Of a DNA stretch of 34,355 nt, positions 1-12,722 are shown one piece after another; the first letter of the stretch is position 1; each line of letters starts with the position of its first letter. The notes under the pieces are model-generated. The model was not told the origin of the DNA. It saw nothing but the letters and a program-made list of their open reading frames with translations, and made no database searches. A program made the position numbers and the translations under genes. Source of the stretch: Octopus bimaculoides (taxonomy: Eukaryota); contig NC_069003.1 in NCBI RefSeq assembly GCF_001194135.2, positions 35,660,621 through 35,694,975 on the forward strand. The letters run 5' to 3'.

Positions 1-40
<40 letters not shown>
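1..40. repeat. (AG)n microsatellite
   Basis: Directly visible. Confidence 0.95.
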
Positions 41-44
<4 letters not shown>

Positions 45-390
45 TCAGAGTGATAGAATAGACAGAAAGAGGAAGTATTTGTGTATATATAAGCTACATG
101 TAAGATTTTTCCAAAATAACATGTGTGTGTGTGCGCGCGCGCTATCGCATCACGTGATTTTAGCCTCTCATGTATCATCAGCGGCAGCTACCCAAGCCGA
201 ATGTTAACCAGAATATCATGTAGATCGATACAGAGTGATACTAGCCAAACAGCCAGTGGTCATGCGTCAGCTAGCGAGTTGTGTACAAATTAGCTTTTAG
301 CGAAAAAGCAGATTTTATAATGAATATTAATTACCACATCCAGCCTATACATATGTGTGTGGGAGGGGGTGAGTGTGCCTGTGTGTGTTT

Positions 391-440
<50 letters not shown>

Positions 441-779
441 AAAAGGTTAGCTGTGTTAGAGATTAAAATAACCGTCTAAGGGTTAGAAGTATCCATTATA
501 CTACCGGTATTTTACCTATGTTAAACCATGTGCATACATATGCAAGCATATTATGCTCATAAGTTATAGGTAAAGACAAGGAGAAACAGGAGTTTATCAG
601 GAATCAAAATTTAAAGAAAACGGAAAATGGAGAAATATTGATGAACAACAATTGACTTACAACAATTATTATTTATTAATTCAATGTGGGATGCAGTCCA
701 TTTGTATTGAATTAATAAACAATAATTGATGTAAGTCAATTGTTGGTCATCAATATTTCTCCATTTTCTGTTTTCTTTA

Positions 780-812
<33 letters not shown>

Positions 813-1230
813 NNNNNNNNNNNNNNNNNNNNNNNNNNNNNNNNNNNNNNNNNNNNNNNNNNNNNNNNNNNNNNNNNNNNNNNNNNNNNNNNNNNNNNNN
901 NNNNNNNNNNNNNNNNNNNNNNNNNNNNNNNNNNNNNNNNNNNNNNNNNNNNNNNNNNNNNNNNNNNNNNNNNNNNNNNNNNNNNNNNNNNNNNNNNNNN
1001 NNNNNNNNNNNNNNNNNNNNNNNNNNNNNNNNNNNNNNNNNNNNNNNNNNNNNNNNNNNNNNNNNNNNNNNNNNNNNNNNNNNNNNNNNNNNNNNNNNNN
1101 NNNNNNNNNNNNNNNNNNNNNNNNNNNNNNNNNNNNNNNNNNNNNNNNNNNNNNNNNNNNNNNNNNNNNNNNNNNNNNNNNNNNNNNNNNNNNNNNNNNN
1201 NNNNNNNNNNNNNNNNNNNNNNNNNNNNNN
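813..1230. other. Assembly gap flanked by (TA)n
   Basis: Run of N. Confidence 1.
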
Positions 1231-2469
1231 TATATATATATATATATATCATAAGATGACAATGTCATCTTTTATAAGCTCGGTTACTAAACCATTTAAA
1301 GTTTATGATTTACTCATTGCCGTTTGCTGTATGCAATAAACAGTCGAGAAAGCAAACCTGTAGTCATTTTTACCTAAATAAAACGTGTGGCGTTATAAAC
1401 TGTATAAAAATTTAGATGCCAAATTTACAGTAACTTTTTTTTGTTTTTGTTTTTAGAGTGGGTGTCGCCAGAGCGCTTCATGAAAATTGAGTCTTTGCAA
1501 TTCTCGATATGCGTTCAGAACTACATCCGTTTCAGAAAAATCACTTATTTCTTCGTTGTGTTACATTAATCTATTTGCATTTTAAGAATTTCTGCCTTTA
1601 TATTTTCTAAAATTTTCACCTATGTCAGAGTTCTTTGTATAGTTTAATCGTAATTATGTTTATTATTTAGTTATATATTCATTTATTTTATTAATCTCAA
1701 CTTCTCTATTCATTACAAATATCGGTCTTATTCAAACACGAGGTCAAATTTTTGTCTCATAGCAACAGCAAGGCAACTTTAAACTCGATAGTCGGATGAA
1801 GCGTTTTACAAAATAGACATAATCTATACAATACACCATTCGTTGTTTGCATAAATCGAAAAAGAGTTTCTGAGCAGAGCAAACGCGAATAGAGGAACAT
1901 AAAAACAACATCGGTATTAGATTTAAAGCTTTATTATTTCTGAAAATAGCTTCCCTTCTGGCTACAATGAATATCAATATTTTGCGTGGTAATAGTGTTA
2001 TTAAGGTTATATGGATACTTAATAACTATAGCATGATCGATTCATAGTTTATAGCTTCGCGTTTTTTTTAATATAATTTCATTTAAATGTATAGTCTTTA
2101 TAGGCGTAGACGGATGAAAAAAAAGATGAAAAAGAACTAGCTTTCACTCTTTCCACTTATGAAAACAGTTCATGTGAGTGCAAAATCAGATGTCCGAAAG
2201 CTATGGATTAAAATATTTAGTTATCACACATAAAAAGATATTTCTAGACTGCGCATTTCCATAATAAGCGGAAGATGAACACTTTTATATTTTTGTACTT
2301 AAATAAACATAGTCACAGATAAACATATGATCTCTTTTATTCGATACACGACCTGCGAGCAGATTCTGAACACAAGTTTAGACTAATATCTATTTGATAA
2401 ATCGGACATCTGATGTGGACGGATCGTGCAAACTGTCGGATCAATATTTTGGACAAATTCGGTAAAGGG

Positions 2470-2695
2470 AGACGAGCTGACATAATCGTTAGCACGCCTG
2501 GCGAAATGCTAAGCGGTATTTCGTCTGCCGTTACGTTCTGAGTTCAAATTCCGCAGAGGTCGACTTTGCCTTTCATCCTTTCGGTGTCGATTAAATAAGT
2601 ACCAGTTACGCACTGGGTCGATGTAATCTACTTATTCCCTTTGTCTGTCTTTGTTTGTCCCCTCTATGTTTAGCCCCCTGTGGGCAATAAAAAAA
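2470..2695 (+). mobile_element. tRNA-derived SINE, family A (octopus type)
   Basis: A-box-like gagctgacataatcgttag, B-box gagttcaaattcc, body gaggtcgactttgcctttcatcctttcgg...ataagtaccagt shared with other copies in the window. Confidence 0.9.
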
Positions 2696-3237
2696 TAAAT
2701 ATTTGAGACAAATTCTTCCAATGGTGTATCGCATTGCTAAATCGATTACATTGACTGCCTACTATAGATGTAAGCATGATAGAGTGCTTAAGCGGTTATA
2801 TTTGCAAGCAGGATATCTTCAGCAAATATCATTTACATTAGCTTTGAGAAAACCGGGTACGGGTAACGTACTTGGATAGCAACTGTAATTTTTGCGTTCA
2901 TCCTTGTCACGTTGTGTCACAATGATCTGGCCTGAAATTTATACTGCGTACAGATACCAGTGGAATACTCAGCAATTTACTCTTCATTTTAATGAGTAAA
3001 TATTTTGGTTGATCGAACAACCGATGTTCCTCGCCGAAAGCAATATCTATTAATCCCCCACAATGCACTTCTAAAAAGTAATTTTGATATATGATTCGCG
3101 TCGACAAAACCCTTGGGAAGTCAATCATGATCAAGGCTGACACTTGTGAACATGACCGGTAAATTTAGGTGATCATCATTAGACCTTCCAAATGCTAACT
3201 GTATTCGTTCGTTGGTCGGTGTTTGTATATCACGTTT

Positions 3238-3239
<2 letters not shown>

Positions 3240-3324
<85 letters not shown>
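3240..3324. repeat. (CT)n microsatellite
   Basis: Directly visible. Confidence 0.95.
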
Positions 3325-3326
<2 letters not shown>

Positions 3327-3945
3327 ACAACTTTTTCTCTGCACTTGTCCCTCCCTCTACACAGATGTTGTTATTGTCAGACAGACGGAGATCAGTTTCT
3401 CTTTCATAATATAAGAGTGTTTCCTTTGGAAAATGTTTTAGAGAGAATGTAAAAATGAGAAATGAGGAGAAAGTGAGGGAAACTGAGAAACCGGAGCAGG
3501 CGGACGAAAAGGGGACGCGGATGTAATGCATAAAGTATGAGGTGAGGAGTGGCTAGAGCCGAGGTTTTCTTGCATAAGACGTCGGGAAGACTAGATGCCA
3601 AATAGTTGCATAGCAAAGCTGCTTTACGAGGCAGGGTGAAAATGAATATGGAAACCATTAAGGATGCAAATGACTTGTTGACAATGGCAAAGAAAAACGA
3701 TTTTGGTAGAGTATCGGGTCTTACTAAAGCTAAGCGTGACATCCTGAAAGAATGAGGATAGAGAGTTCAAGGGCTAGCTTAAAGTGACGGTGTAGTTCGT
3801 GGAAACAGAATATTAGATTAGACAATGTGTAGTGGAGTTGGGAAATAAGTGTAGATGGCAAAAGGAGATTAGGTTGAGGAGAGAGAGGAGAGAGAAATAG
3901 AAGGACCAAAGGAAAAAAGAAAGAACGAAAGAATGGAAGAAAGAA

Positions 3946-4000
3946 AGAATGAATGAAAGAATGAATGGATGAATGAATGAATGAATGAATGAATGAATGA
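3946..4000. repeat. (GAAT)n microsatellite
   Basis: Directly visible. Confidence 0.9.
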
Positions 4001-4363
4001 ACGAAGGGCGTACAGACACACGATAACTGCCATGGTCAAGTATCTGCGATTGTTCTGCTTCAGTGTATTTATTCGGGTATATATAAAGACGGACTTAAAA
4101 CAAGAAATATAACAAATAAATATACAAAGTTAAATAAGTAAGAGATATTGCAGAACTATGAAACGAAACAATAACTATAAAAGAGTGTGAAAAATGAAAA
4201 TAAATATCCCCATGAAACGGAAAAAATTGAATTTGACGTTTTGAGATGTGCACTTTATCAACAAGAAGGAAAAGTAATAAGTGAAAAAGAAACAGAAATT
4301 ATACCGAGCTTACGATGCCTATTCTAAAAAGAAAATTAGGAAGTGATATATTCCCATACACAG

Positions 4364-4472
<109 letters not shown>

Positions 4473-4799
4473 TAATACTAAAATAGCGAAATCAAAAATG
4501 ATCGTGGTGCAGACAACTGGTTAGAGTCAAGCTTAGATACGGCTTGTATAGATAACGCAAAGTAAATGATACTTGATTAATGAAGTTTAATATTCAATGT
4601 ATGCAATATGCTGATTAATTTGGCGCTTGATAAAAGACTGAGTGAATTACACTATGACATGCTCAATTGCGTAATGTGAGAAACCTGATAGCGGTTATGC
4701 TAATAAGTGTTCGTTCTGCATAGCGGAAATTTTAACTATTATAAACAGTAAAGAAAATATTGCTTTCAACTTTTGAAACAAAGCCAGCTATTTCGGTGG

Positions 4800-4957
4800 A
4801 GGGGTTAAATCAACCCCAGTGTTTCACTGGAACTTAGCTTATCGATCCCGAATGTATAAAAGGTAAAGTCTACCTCGGCGGAATTTGAACTTAGAGACAG
4901 ACGAAATGCCGCTAAACATTTTGCATGGTGTTCTACCGATTCTGCTAGCTCGCTGCC
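4800..4957 (-). mobile_element. tRNA-derived SINE, family A, reverse orientation
   Basis: aaagtctacctcggcggaatttgaactta...gattctgctagctcgc is the reverse complement of the family A head and body. Confidence 0.88.
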
Positions 4958-6290
4958 TTGCACTGAAGAAAATGATATAAGAATGAAAATTAGAAAAAAA
5001 AAATTATATAACTCCTTCACCCGTTAGAAACCCAAATTCCTTCTCTATATACTGTTTACCCTTCCTATTTCTTACACCGCTAACTACTTCCCTTCTCTAC
5101 ACAAAAATTCATATTTAGTTTTTTACAATTCATCGTCATATTAACGATTCCTGATTGATTTTTCGCATACCTAGAAGTAGGACTTCAATTGATTTGTACG
5201 CTGTTTTATCCTACGGACAACTGCCACTTATGTACAAGTTTATATAAGTGTATATGTTGATTTATGCATATATAGGTGTGTGTGTGAGTGTATATGTATA
5301 TGAATGTATGTGTACATATATGAATGTATATGTATGTGTGTGTGTATATATATATATACATAAGAAAGAATTCCAACCACGTTTCGTGGATCGCTACCTC
5401 AACAGCTCCTTTATAGGATCCGGTGGCTAAGGACATCATCAGAAGGAACCACATCCGATTTCGGTCCCTGCTCCGCTACTGTTTTCGACGTTTCCCCCAC
5501 TTTCGGAGGTGTCCTCAGCTCTGGTGTTGAGTACGTTTTTTTTTTTCTTTTTTCTATGGTTTCTTCGATGCAGCGTCATCAAATGTCGACAGGTGAATGA
5601 CCGACGTGCCAAACTTCCTTTTAAATACTCACCGGTAGGCTCCATCAGCCAGCACCAGCTAATTGGCATAGAGATCAATTTATTAACATAACTCCAATTT
5701 CGAACAATATCGATTTCTTATAACCTACAATTGTTTCTATATTCAATTAATTCAAATTACAAATAATGAAATTATAGATGCATTTAGAATAAAGTAAAAT
5801 GAACATTTCATCAGAGTTAGAATGCACAACAGAATAAACGTTGATATGATGAGTCGGTGGAGGAGAAGTCGAACTAGTAGAGCGACGGTCAAAACGTTAC
5901 ATAGTGCTGCCCCTCAATACATTCGGTTCAATTACCGACCGAGTTGATTTTCTTATTTTCTTCAGTGTCGATAGGACAGCTACCACTAATGAACTCGGGT
6001 TGCGATATTATCACTCTAACTGATATTTTTAATGTATTTGTCATGTGTGAGTAAAGAAAATCGATAAACTTATGAATAAATATTATGAGCATACTTTGTT
6101 TTTCAACATGCAATATTGAAAAATCGTGTAAGACTGTACCTTATCCCTCCTATTCATTAAATCAATATTTTCTATTTTTATATTTTCTATCGTAAATCAG
6201 TGTCTATTTGTTTGCTGGAGATTTAGTTTTGTGTTAAGATATTTATAATTTATCCGCAAGAATATTAAAAAAAGAAAAACTAGATCAAAC

Positions 6291-6544
6291 CTTTTTGGAG
6301 AATTTTCCCAAAAACTGAACTTCCTCGTCCACTTTCATATGTCGGGCAGTTCCATCGTCTATTCTTGAATTGGTATTTGCATTCAAGTATAGCTTGTTTT
6401 GCCCCTTGGTAGACAGCGGTAATACTCCCTGGATTTTTTGAAACTAAATTTCTTTGTCTTCTTGTTAGTGGTAACGAAGTTGGATTTTGTATTTGTGTTT
6501 GTGGTACCAACATGTTATTAATGGATTCTGCATGCGCCAGTGTC
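6291..6544 (-). CDS. wnt1: Wnt1 (wingless) internal coding exon, equivalent to vertebrate WNT1 exon 2
   Basis: Translates as (x)TLAHAESINNMLVPQTQIQNPTSLPLTRRQRNLVSKNPGSITAVYQGAKQAILECKYQFKNRRWNCPTYESGRGSSVFGKILQK(G). This matches human WNT1 LSRKQRRLIRQNPG...ECKWQFRNRRWNCPT...LFGKIVNRG. Acceptor gtgtattttcag|G (AG at 6546-6545), donor AAAG|GTTTGA (GT at 6290-6289). Length 1+84x3+1=254 nt, phases 2/1. Confidence 0.93.
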
Positions 6545-7103
6545 CTGAAAATACACACAATTGTTTTATTATATACTAGAAAAAAAATGATTTCAAAATA
6601 TTCTGAATCGTTTGCAAACAATTTGTCTTATTTTTAGTTAGGTTATTTTTATTATGAAAGTATTAAAAATTCTTATTTCATTAACCAGTTTTCCCCAATT
6701 ATTAAGAAAGTATAGTAATAGTATATGCATATTGTTGCCTTTAAAATGCTACTTACTGTTGTGTAAACAAATCAAAGAAGCATATTTTTCAAGACAATTA
6801 ATTATGTAATGTATTGTGCATGCAATAAATGAAGAAAGAATGAAGTTGTAAGAGTTTAATTTTAAAAACATCTTTCACGCCCTCATATCCATCGGATTAG
6901 TAAGTGTTAGCCGTAGGCTTAATCTCCATCTCAACAATAAGTCCGACTCAGGTTTTAGATTCAGCAGAGCTATGTCCATTGCCAAAGAAGTATGAGTGAA
7001 GACTGTGAAATATCTTCAACAGAGAACGTACATCCAAACGCCAGCGATACGCGTACATACAAACACACATGTGCGCGCACATCCACGTACACACACGCAC
7101 ACA

Positions 7104-8135
<1,032 letters not shown>

Positions 8136-8160
8136 GATATATATATATATATATATATAT

Positions 8161-8179
8161 NNNNNNNNNNNNNNNNNNN
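8161..8179. other. Assembly gap
   Basis: Run of N. Confidence 1.
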
Positions 8180-8599
8180 TGTGTGTGTGTGTGTGTAGGA
8201 AACGTAGAAAACGTAACTGGCATTTGTAAGCTTCATATAATATACACGTTTTTCCGTAAGCCGATTATCGCAATTGAACAAACTGATTGTCACACTGTTA
8301 CGCAATTTTTTTCCTACGTTTTGTTAGACGTGAACTCGAAACTGTACGCCCATACAATCAACCTTCACTGAAAGCCTAGCGAGAAATGTATCGATTATGT
8401 TATCTAACTTTTCTGCCAATGGAAAGATGATCAATGGTGAAGCTCAGTATTATAATGATGCTGTCAGCGGTCACAGAAGGAATGAGGAAATAATATGAAA
8501 ACAACTTGGAAGTGTAATGAGACCACTTCAGACACTAATATGTGTAACGGTAGGGGAGGGACCCTGAGTCAGGATGTCTTTGAGAGCGAAATGACACCA

Positions 8600-9200
8600 T
8601 CTCCAATTAACAATAACTCCAGTCTCGGAAGAACGACCAGTAAACGCGGTAATCCCTGCAGCGACTCCAGGAGTACTGGAGAGAGTGAAGCTAATCACAT
8701 TTAGATGAAACTGAGGACATCATACAAGCCATCAAGGATGAATTTACAACCTTGTAAAAGACAAATGACATGACACGACTCACCATTCTACAAACGCCCC
8801 ATGGCCTTTGTCAGATACTCGCTGTGTGTTTTCCCTAACATAAGTACAAGAGAATATTTAATAGAAATATTATAAATTTATGGTACTTCATACCCACCGT
8901 GTCCAGCATAATAGCTGCTACAGACTTAACTGATATGATGCTGGCACTACCTCAGGAACAAAGGCGAAATTTCTGAGGGCACCTCAAAAGTGGACTTGCC
9001 TCGCAATCTCGCATGCTGTAGTACTTGTCCCACTTAGATCCACTGTAGTAATACCTCTGATTAAGGAAATGAGAATAGCGACAGGAGCAGGGACATATTA
9101 ATAACACCACTTTGCGAGTGGCACTGACCCAACCAAGTTGGTTATCTGCCAAGCTCTACTGTGCATAGGATGACTAACGGAACTGATTCTCCACCTAGTT
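8600..9200 (+). mobile_element. Possible very old RTE-like LINE reverse transcriptase relic
   Basis: Only fragmentary motifs in shifting frames (LQRLQEY, MAFV, LYCA*DD resembling LLYADD). Weak support. Confidence 0.35.
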
Positions 9201-9764
9201 CTTCACCCCCGAGTTATAGTTACAAAAACTCGTGCGTAATGTGGTGTAAACCAACATAGTGAACCAATATGTGTGTGGGAGAGGCAGAATAGCTGTAAGC
9301 ATTATATCATGGCTGTAATGAACCCGCATCTCTATGCATCCGTATGGCTCTTTCAAACCTGGATTTAGATTCTCAGATTCACTAACGGTCTACATCCATA
9401 ATCTATTATAAAAATGTTAATTATGGATTGAAATGGTTAGTGGTGGGATCTGCTCCGCCCAACCGAGGGAATGATTCCTATGGACTGTGTACTAAAGAAG
9501 GGTTAACTACTTATTAAATAAAAGAAATAAATTTAGGATTTACTGTGCGCCTCTGAATGATTGGACATTGCCATTGCAAGTGGCAATAAGCTTAAATTGA
9601 AATATTTTAGTCCACAATTAATATCCAGCCTGACAGTCAGCTACTCTATTCTCTTTTACTTGTTACATTTATGAAAAACTATCCAAATATTCTATAGTGT
9701 GTTGCTCTTTCTACAATATAGGATATCGTATGTTCTATATTGCAAAGTTATTACAGCAGAGTCA

Positions 9765-10010
9765 CAGGTGTGGCTGTGTAGAAAGCTTTGTGAGTGAATT
9801 TGATTTGTTTGACTCCCCCCCCCTCCACCGCTTGACAACTGGCGTTGGGGTGTTTAAGTCCCCATAACTTAACGGCTCAGCAAAAGAACCGAATAGAAAA
9901 AGCACCAGGCTTTAAAAAGTAAGTACTGTGATCGATTCGCACGACTAAAATTCTTTGTGGCGGTGCTTTAGTATGTCCTCAGTCTAATGATTGAAGCATG
10001 TAAAAGATAA
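9765..10010 (+). mobile_element. SINE family B, partial (short head plus 3' body)
   Basis: caggtgtggctgtgt head; cgcttgacaactggcgttgg...aagtcccc...cagcaaaaga body; ggcggtgct tail shared with the 12369 copy. Confidence 0.8.
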
Positions 10011-10080
10011 AATATTCGAGCAAATTCCATAACTATATCCTCAGTATCAACCCGCTTTTATCGTCCTGTCTACCAAACTA

Positions 10081-10185
10081 TACCTACCTACCTACCTACC
10101 TACCAGCTTACCTACCTACCAACCTACCTTCTTACCTGTCTACATACATACATACATACATACATACATACATACATACATACAT
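10081..10185. repeat. (CCTA)n/(CATA)n compound microsatellite
   Basis: Directly visible. Confidence 0.9.
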
Positions 10186-10949
10186 AATCCTTAGGCATAA
10201 TCGAATTACCGAGTAGTACCACTTGTGTTTAGTATCAGAATGAGAGACTACAGAGCTTACCATCACGGTGGCCAAATTGCGAATGAGGAATGGGAAGAAG
10301 TAATGATGTGATATGGAATGTTAAATGAATTGAGAGAAGTGGGGCGAGGCGATGAGAGATTGTGTAAGTAGAGAGGAGTCGTATGGGGTAGTAAAAAGTA
10401 AAGCATGGAGAAGTGACTAAATTTTGTAGCAGGATCCAGGTCAGTTGAGGTGGAGAGATGAATCCGGTGAGTAAGAAGTCAACAAAGCAAAGGAAACCAT
10501 TGATAATAGAGTCGCACATATTAGGGCAAAAAGGGGTGGGGATAAAGGGATAATCTACTAGAGAGTTGCTATTAGTATAATAGGGATGGTCAAAACTAAA
10601 CAGTTAATAACTTATAAAGAAAGAAACGAAAGGTTTAGAATTATAAAGTGATCGGTTATAAAGACAAATATCTTTTTACGCCACTTCTTTATATTTCCTC
10701 TGCTTTACTTTCCTCATTCTGTATTATTAAGTATTTTTACCTCCAAAGATTAAGTTAATGGTCTGTAAAGTTGTAATCCTATTGAAAATTTATTATCGGT
10801 GGTACTGTATTTAAGTTTTTGTACACGATCTACAAGCAGTATACAATAAAACTGTAGTTAATGGAGCATGTTATTTCTTTAGCCGTCATTCAAGTGTTGT
10901 TTCTTACATACTTGTTTTGGAAGAACTTTGTGTTTCTCTAGATGTTTGA

Positions 10950-12100
10950 ATGTGGCTGACTAATGGTTAAAATGCCAGGATTGGATAGCATGTCCTATAA
11001 AATTTATTGCTAAATGATAGATTTGTTCACTACTCACTTGGCAGTTGTCTATTGCAACTATCGTCGGACTGAAAACTCATGTGGACTGGGAAATGGTAAC
11101 GTTATTAAGGGATGACCTCAAAAAGGGAAAAACTTTGATAACATCAGCTACATAACTGCTTAGTACTGACTTAAAAATTTTTTAGTGAAGAAACTGACAC
11201 TTGCCCTGGCTTATTTATTCGTCACACATTCTGGTTCTGTATGTGACAAATACCACCTATTTCGATGTATCGTTTGAGTGGGTGGACACTAAGGCTTGGT
11301 TCGCTGAAGCTTCGGTCCATTTATGTAAGGCTAAAATTACCTAATGATTGTATTAAGGGTGAGCAATCTCATTCGCGTCATCAGAGTCTGCGAGACCCTG
11401 CTCATCGGTATTTAAGATAACTGCTCAACTTCTACATTATAGAAGGGAAGGGAAAAGAACATAGCATGAATAGGGACCTGGTCAATTTAAATCGGTTGAA
11501 AGATTTCGATAGAGTCGACCGTTGATACTTATTTGGGTGAATAAGAAATGGAAAGAGGTGAACTAAGTGGCTAGTCTCACGCAGAAATGACCAGAAAGGA
11601 AATATTCGTAAAGAGTCGGGTGAAGGTATTGAATGCCTACATTGAACTGTCATCGAGTACCGCCTGACTGTCATGAACGGAGCGCTTATTCTTCGCTATC
11701 TATGCAGGGGACATGTTTTGCTGGCCAGACGATCCATTTGCTGTCAACATCCGCTGCGTAGTGGACTGGGAATGCCGTGGCTAATGATGCGCAGACATAC
11801 GCTGAGGCTGCATCATCTCTAGTGTTTCCTGACGATGAGCACATGTGGTTGCAGTTTCCTAGACGCGCTTTTCTGCAGCTCGTCTTTTTAACTGAGCTAC
11901 CGTCATGGATCAGGCGGGGACCGATGCATACGGTGGAAGTTCTACAGTGGTACTGTACATAGGTTTAGAAGCGGTAAGTGCAATGGCGTTCTAAGTGAGG
12001 CTCTGGGCTTCGACGAGAATCAAGAGGCTGATAGATACCGAATGACTTTAATGTCAAGGCCCTTATTGCGGATGCAAGGGCTTTTTAATTCTTATTTTTA
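10950..12100 (+). mobile_element. Decayed Tx1/L1-clade LINE ORF2 relic with the RT core deleted
   Basis: KMPGLDSMSYKIY (cf. KSPGLDGLPYEFY), LVNLNRLKDFDRVDR*YL (cf. LINLDQSKAFDRVDHRYL), VASLTQK*..RK...KSRVKVLNAYI, and LRYLCRGHVLLARRSICCQHPLRSGLGMP (GGLG motif). Confidence 0.8.
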
Positions 12101-12195
12101 GCAATGTAGGGGCTACCCTGCAACCTCAGTCACAACTAGTGAGAATTGACCTTTTCCTTCTTGGTTTATATTGCGTATAGCCACTTTCATTGTTA

Positions 12196-12230
<35 letters not shown>

Positions 12231-12358
12231 NNNNNNNNNNNNNNNNNNNNNNNNNNNNNNNNNNNNNNNNNNNNNNNNNNNNNNNNNNNNNNNNNNNNNN
12301 NNNNNNNNNNNNNNNNNNNNNNNNNNNNNNNNNNNNNNNNNNNNNNNNNNNNNNNNNN
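12231..12358. other. Assembly gap
   Basis: Run of N. Confidence 1.
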
Positions 12359-12368
12359 TATATATATA

Positions 12369-12722
12369 GGCGCAGGAGTGGCTTTCCTCACAACCACATG
12401 GTTCCGGGTTCAGTCCCACTACGTGGCACCTTGGATAAGTATCTTCTACTATAGCCTCGGGCCGATCAAAGCCTTGTGATTAAATTTGGTAGACGGAAAC
12501 TGAAAGAAGCCCCTTGTATATGTCTATTTATACATGTATGTGTGTGTTTGTTATTTGTGTTTGTGGTTGTCCCCCCACCATCGCTTGACAACCGGTGTTG
12601 GTGTGTTTACGTCCCCGTCACTAGCGGTTCGGCAAAAGAACCCGATAGAATAAGTACTAGGCTTACAAAGAATAAGATTCATTCGACTAAAGATGGTGCT
12701 CCAGCATAGCCGCAATCAAAGA
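12369..12722 (+). mobile_element. tRNA-derived SINE, family B (CORE-like centre, internal microsatellite)
   Basis: ggcgcaggagtggct head, B-box gggttcagtccc, gcaccttggataagtatcttctactatagcctcggg, ggtagacggaaactgaaagaagccc, 3' ggtgctccagcat. Confidence 0.9.

Noticed and set aside
3321-3335. Minus-strand agttgtcgagag resembling the start of Wnt1 exon 3 (GCRE)
   Set aside because: It runs straight into (AG)n, has the wrong phase and lacks the TAF motif.
3421-3760. Purine-rich segment with a short plus-strand frame (MNMETIKDANDLL...) and the motif MPNSCIAKLLYE
   Set aside because: No splice or homology support. It may be an RTE 3' relic, but the evidence is too weak to call.
5377-5520. Hammerhead ribozyme or C/D snoRNA, suggested by minus-strand CUGAUGA plus several CGAAA and a CUGA
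   Set aside because: No permutation I tried gave stems I, II and III with an adjacent GAAA and NUH site, and the C and D boxes are in the wrong order.
10235-10519. Minus-strand GCCACCGTGATG|GTAAGC (donor at 10260) as Wnt1 exon 1
   Set aside because: Joined to exon 2, the ATG is out of frame and stops after 8 codons; the phase-2 frame has TGA just before the junction. The plus strand looks more like an RTE linker relic (VAKLRMR).
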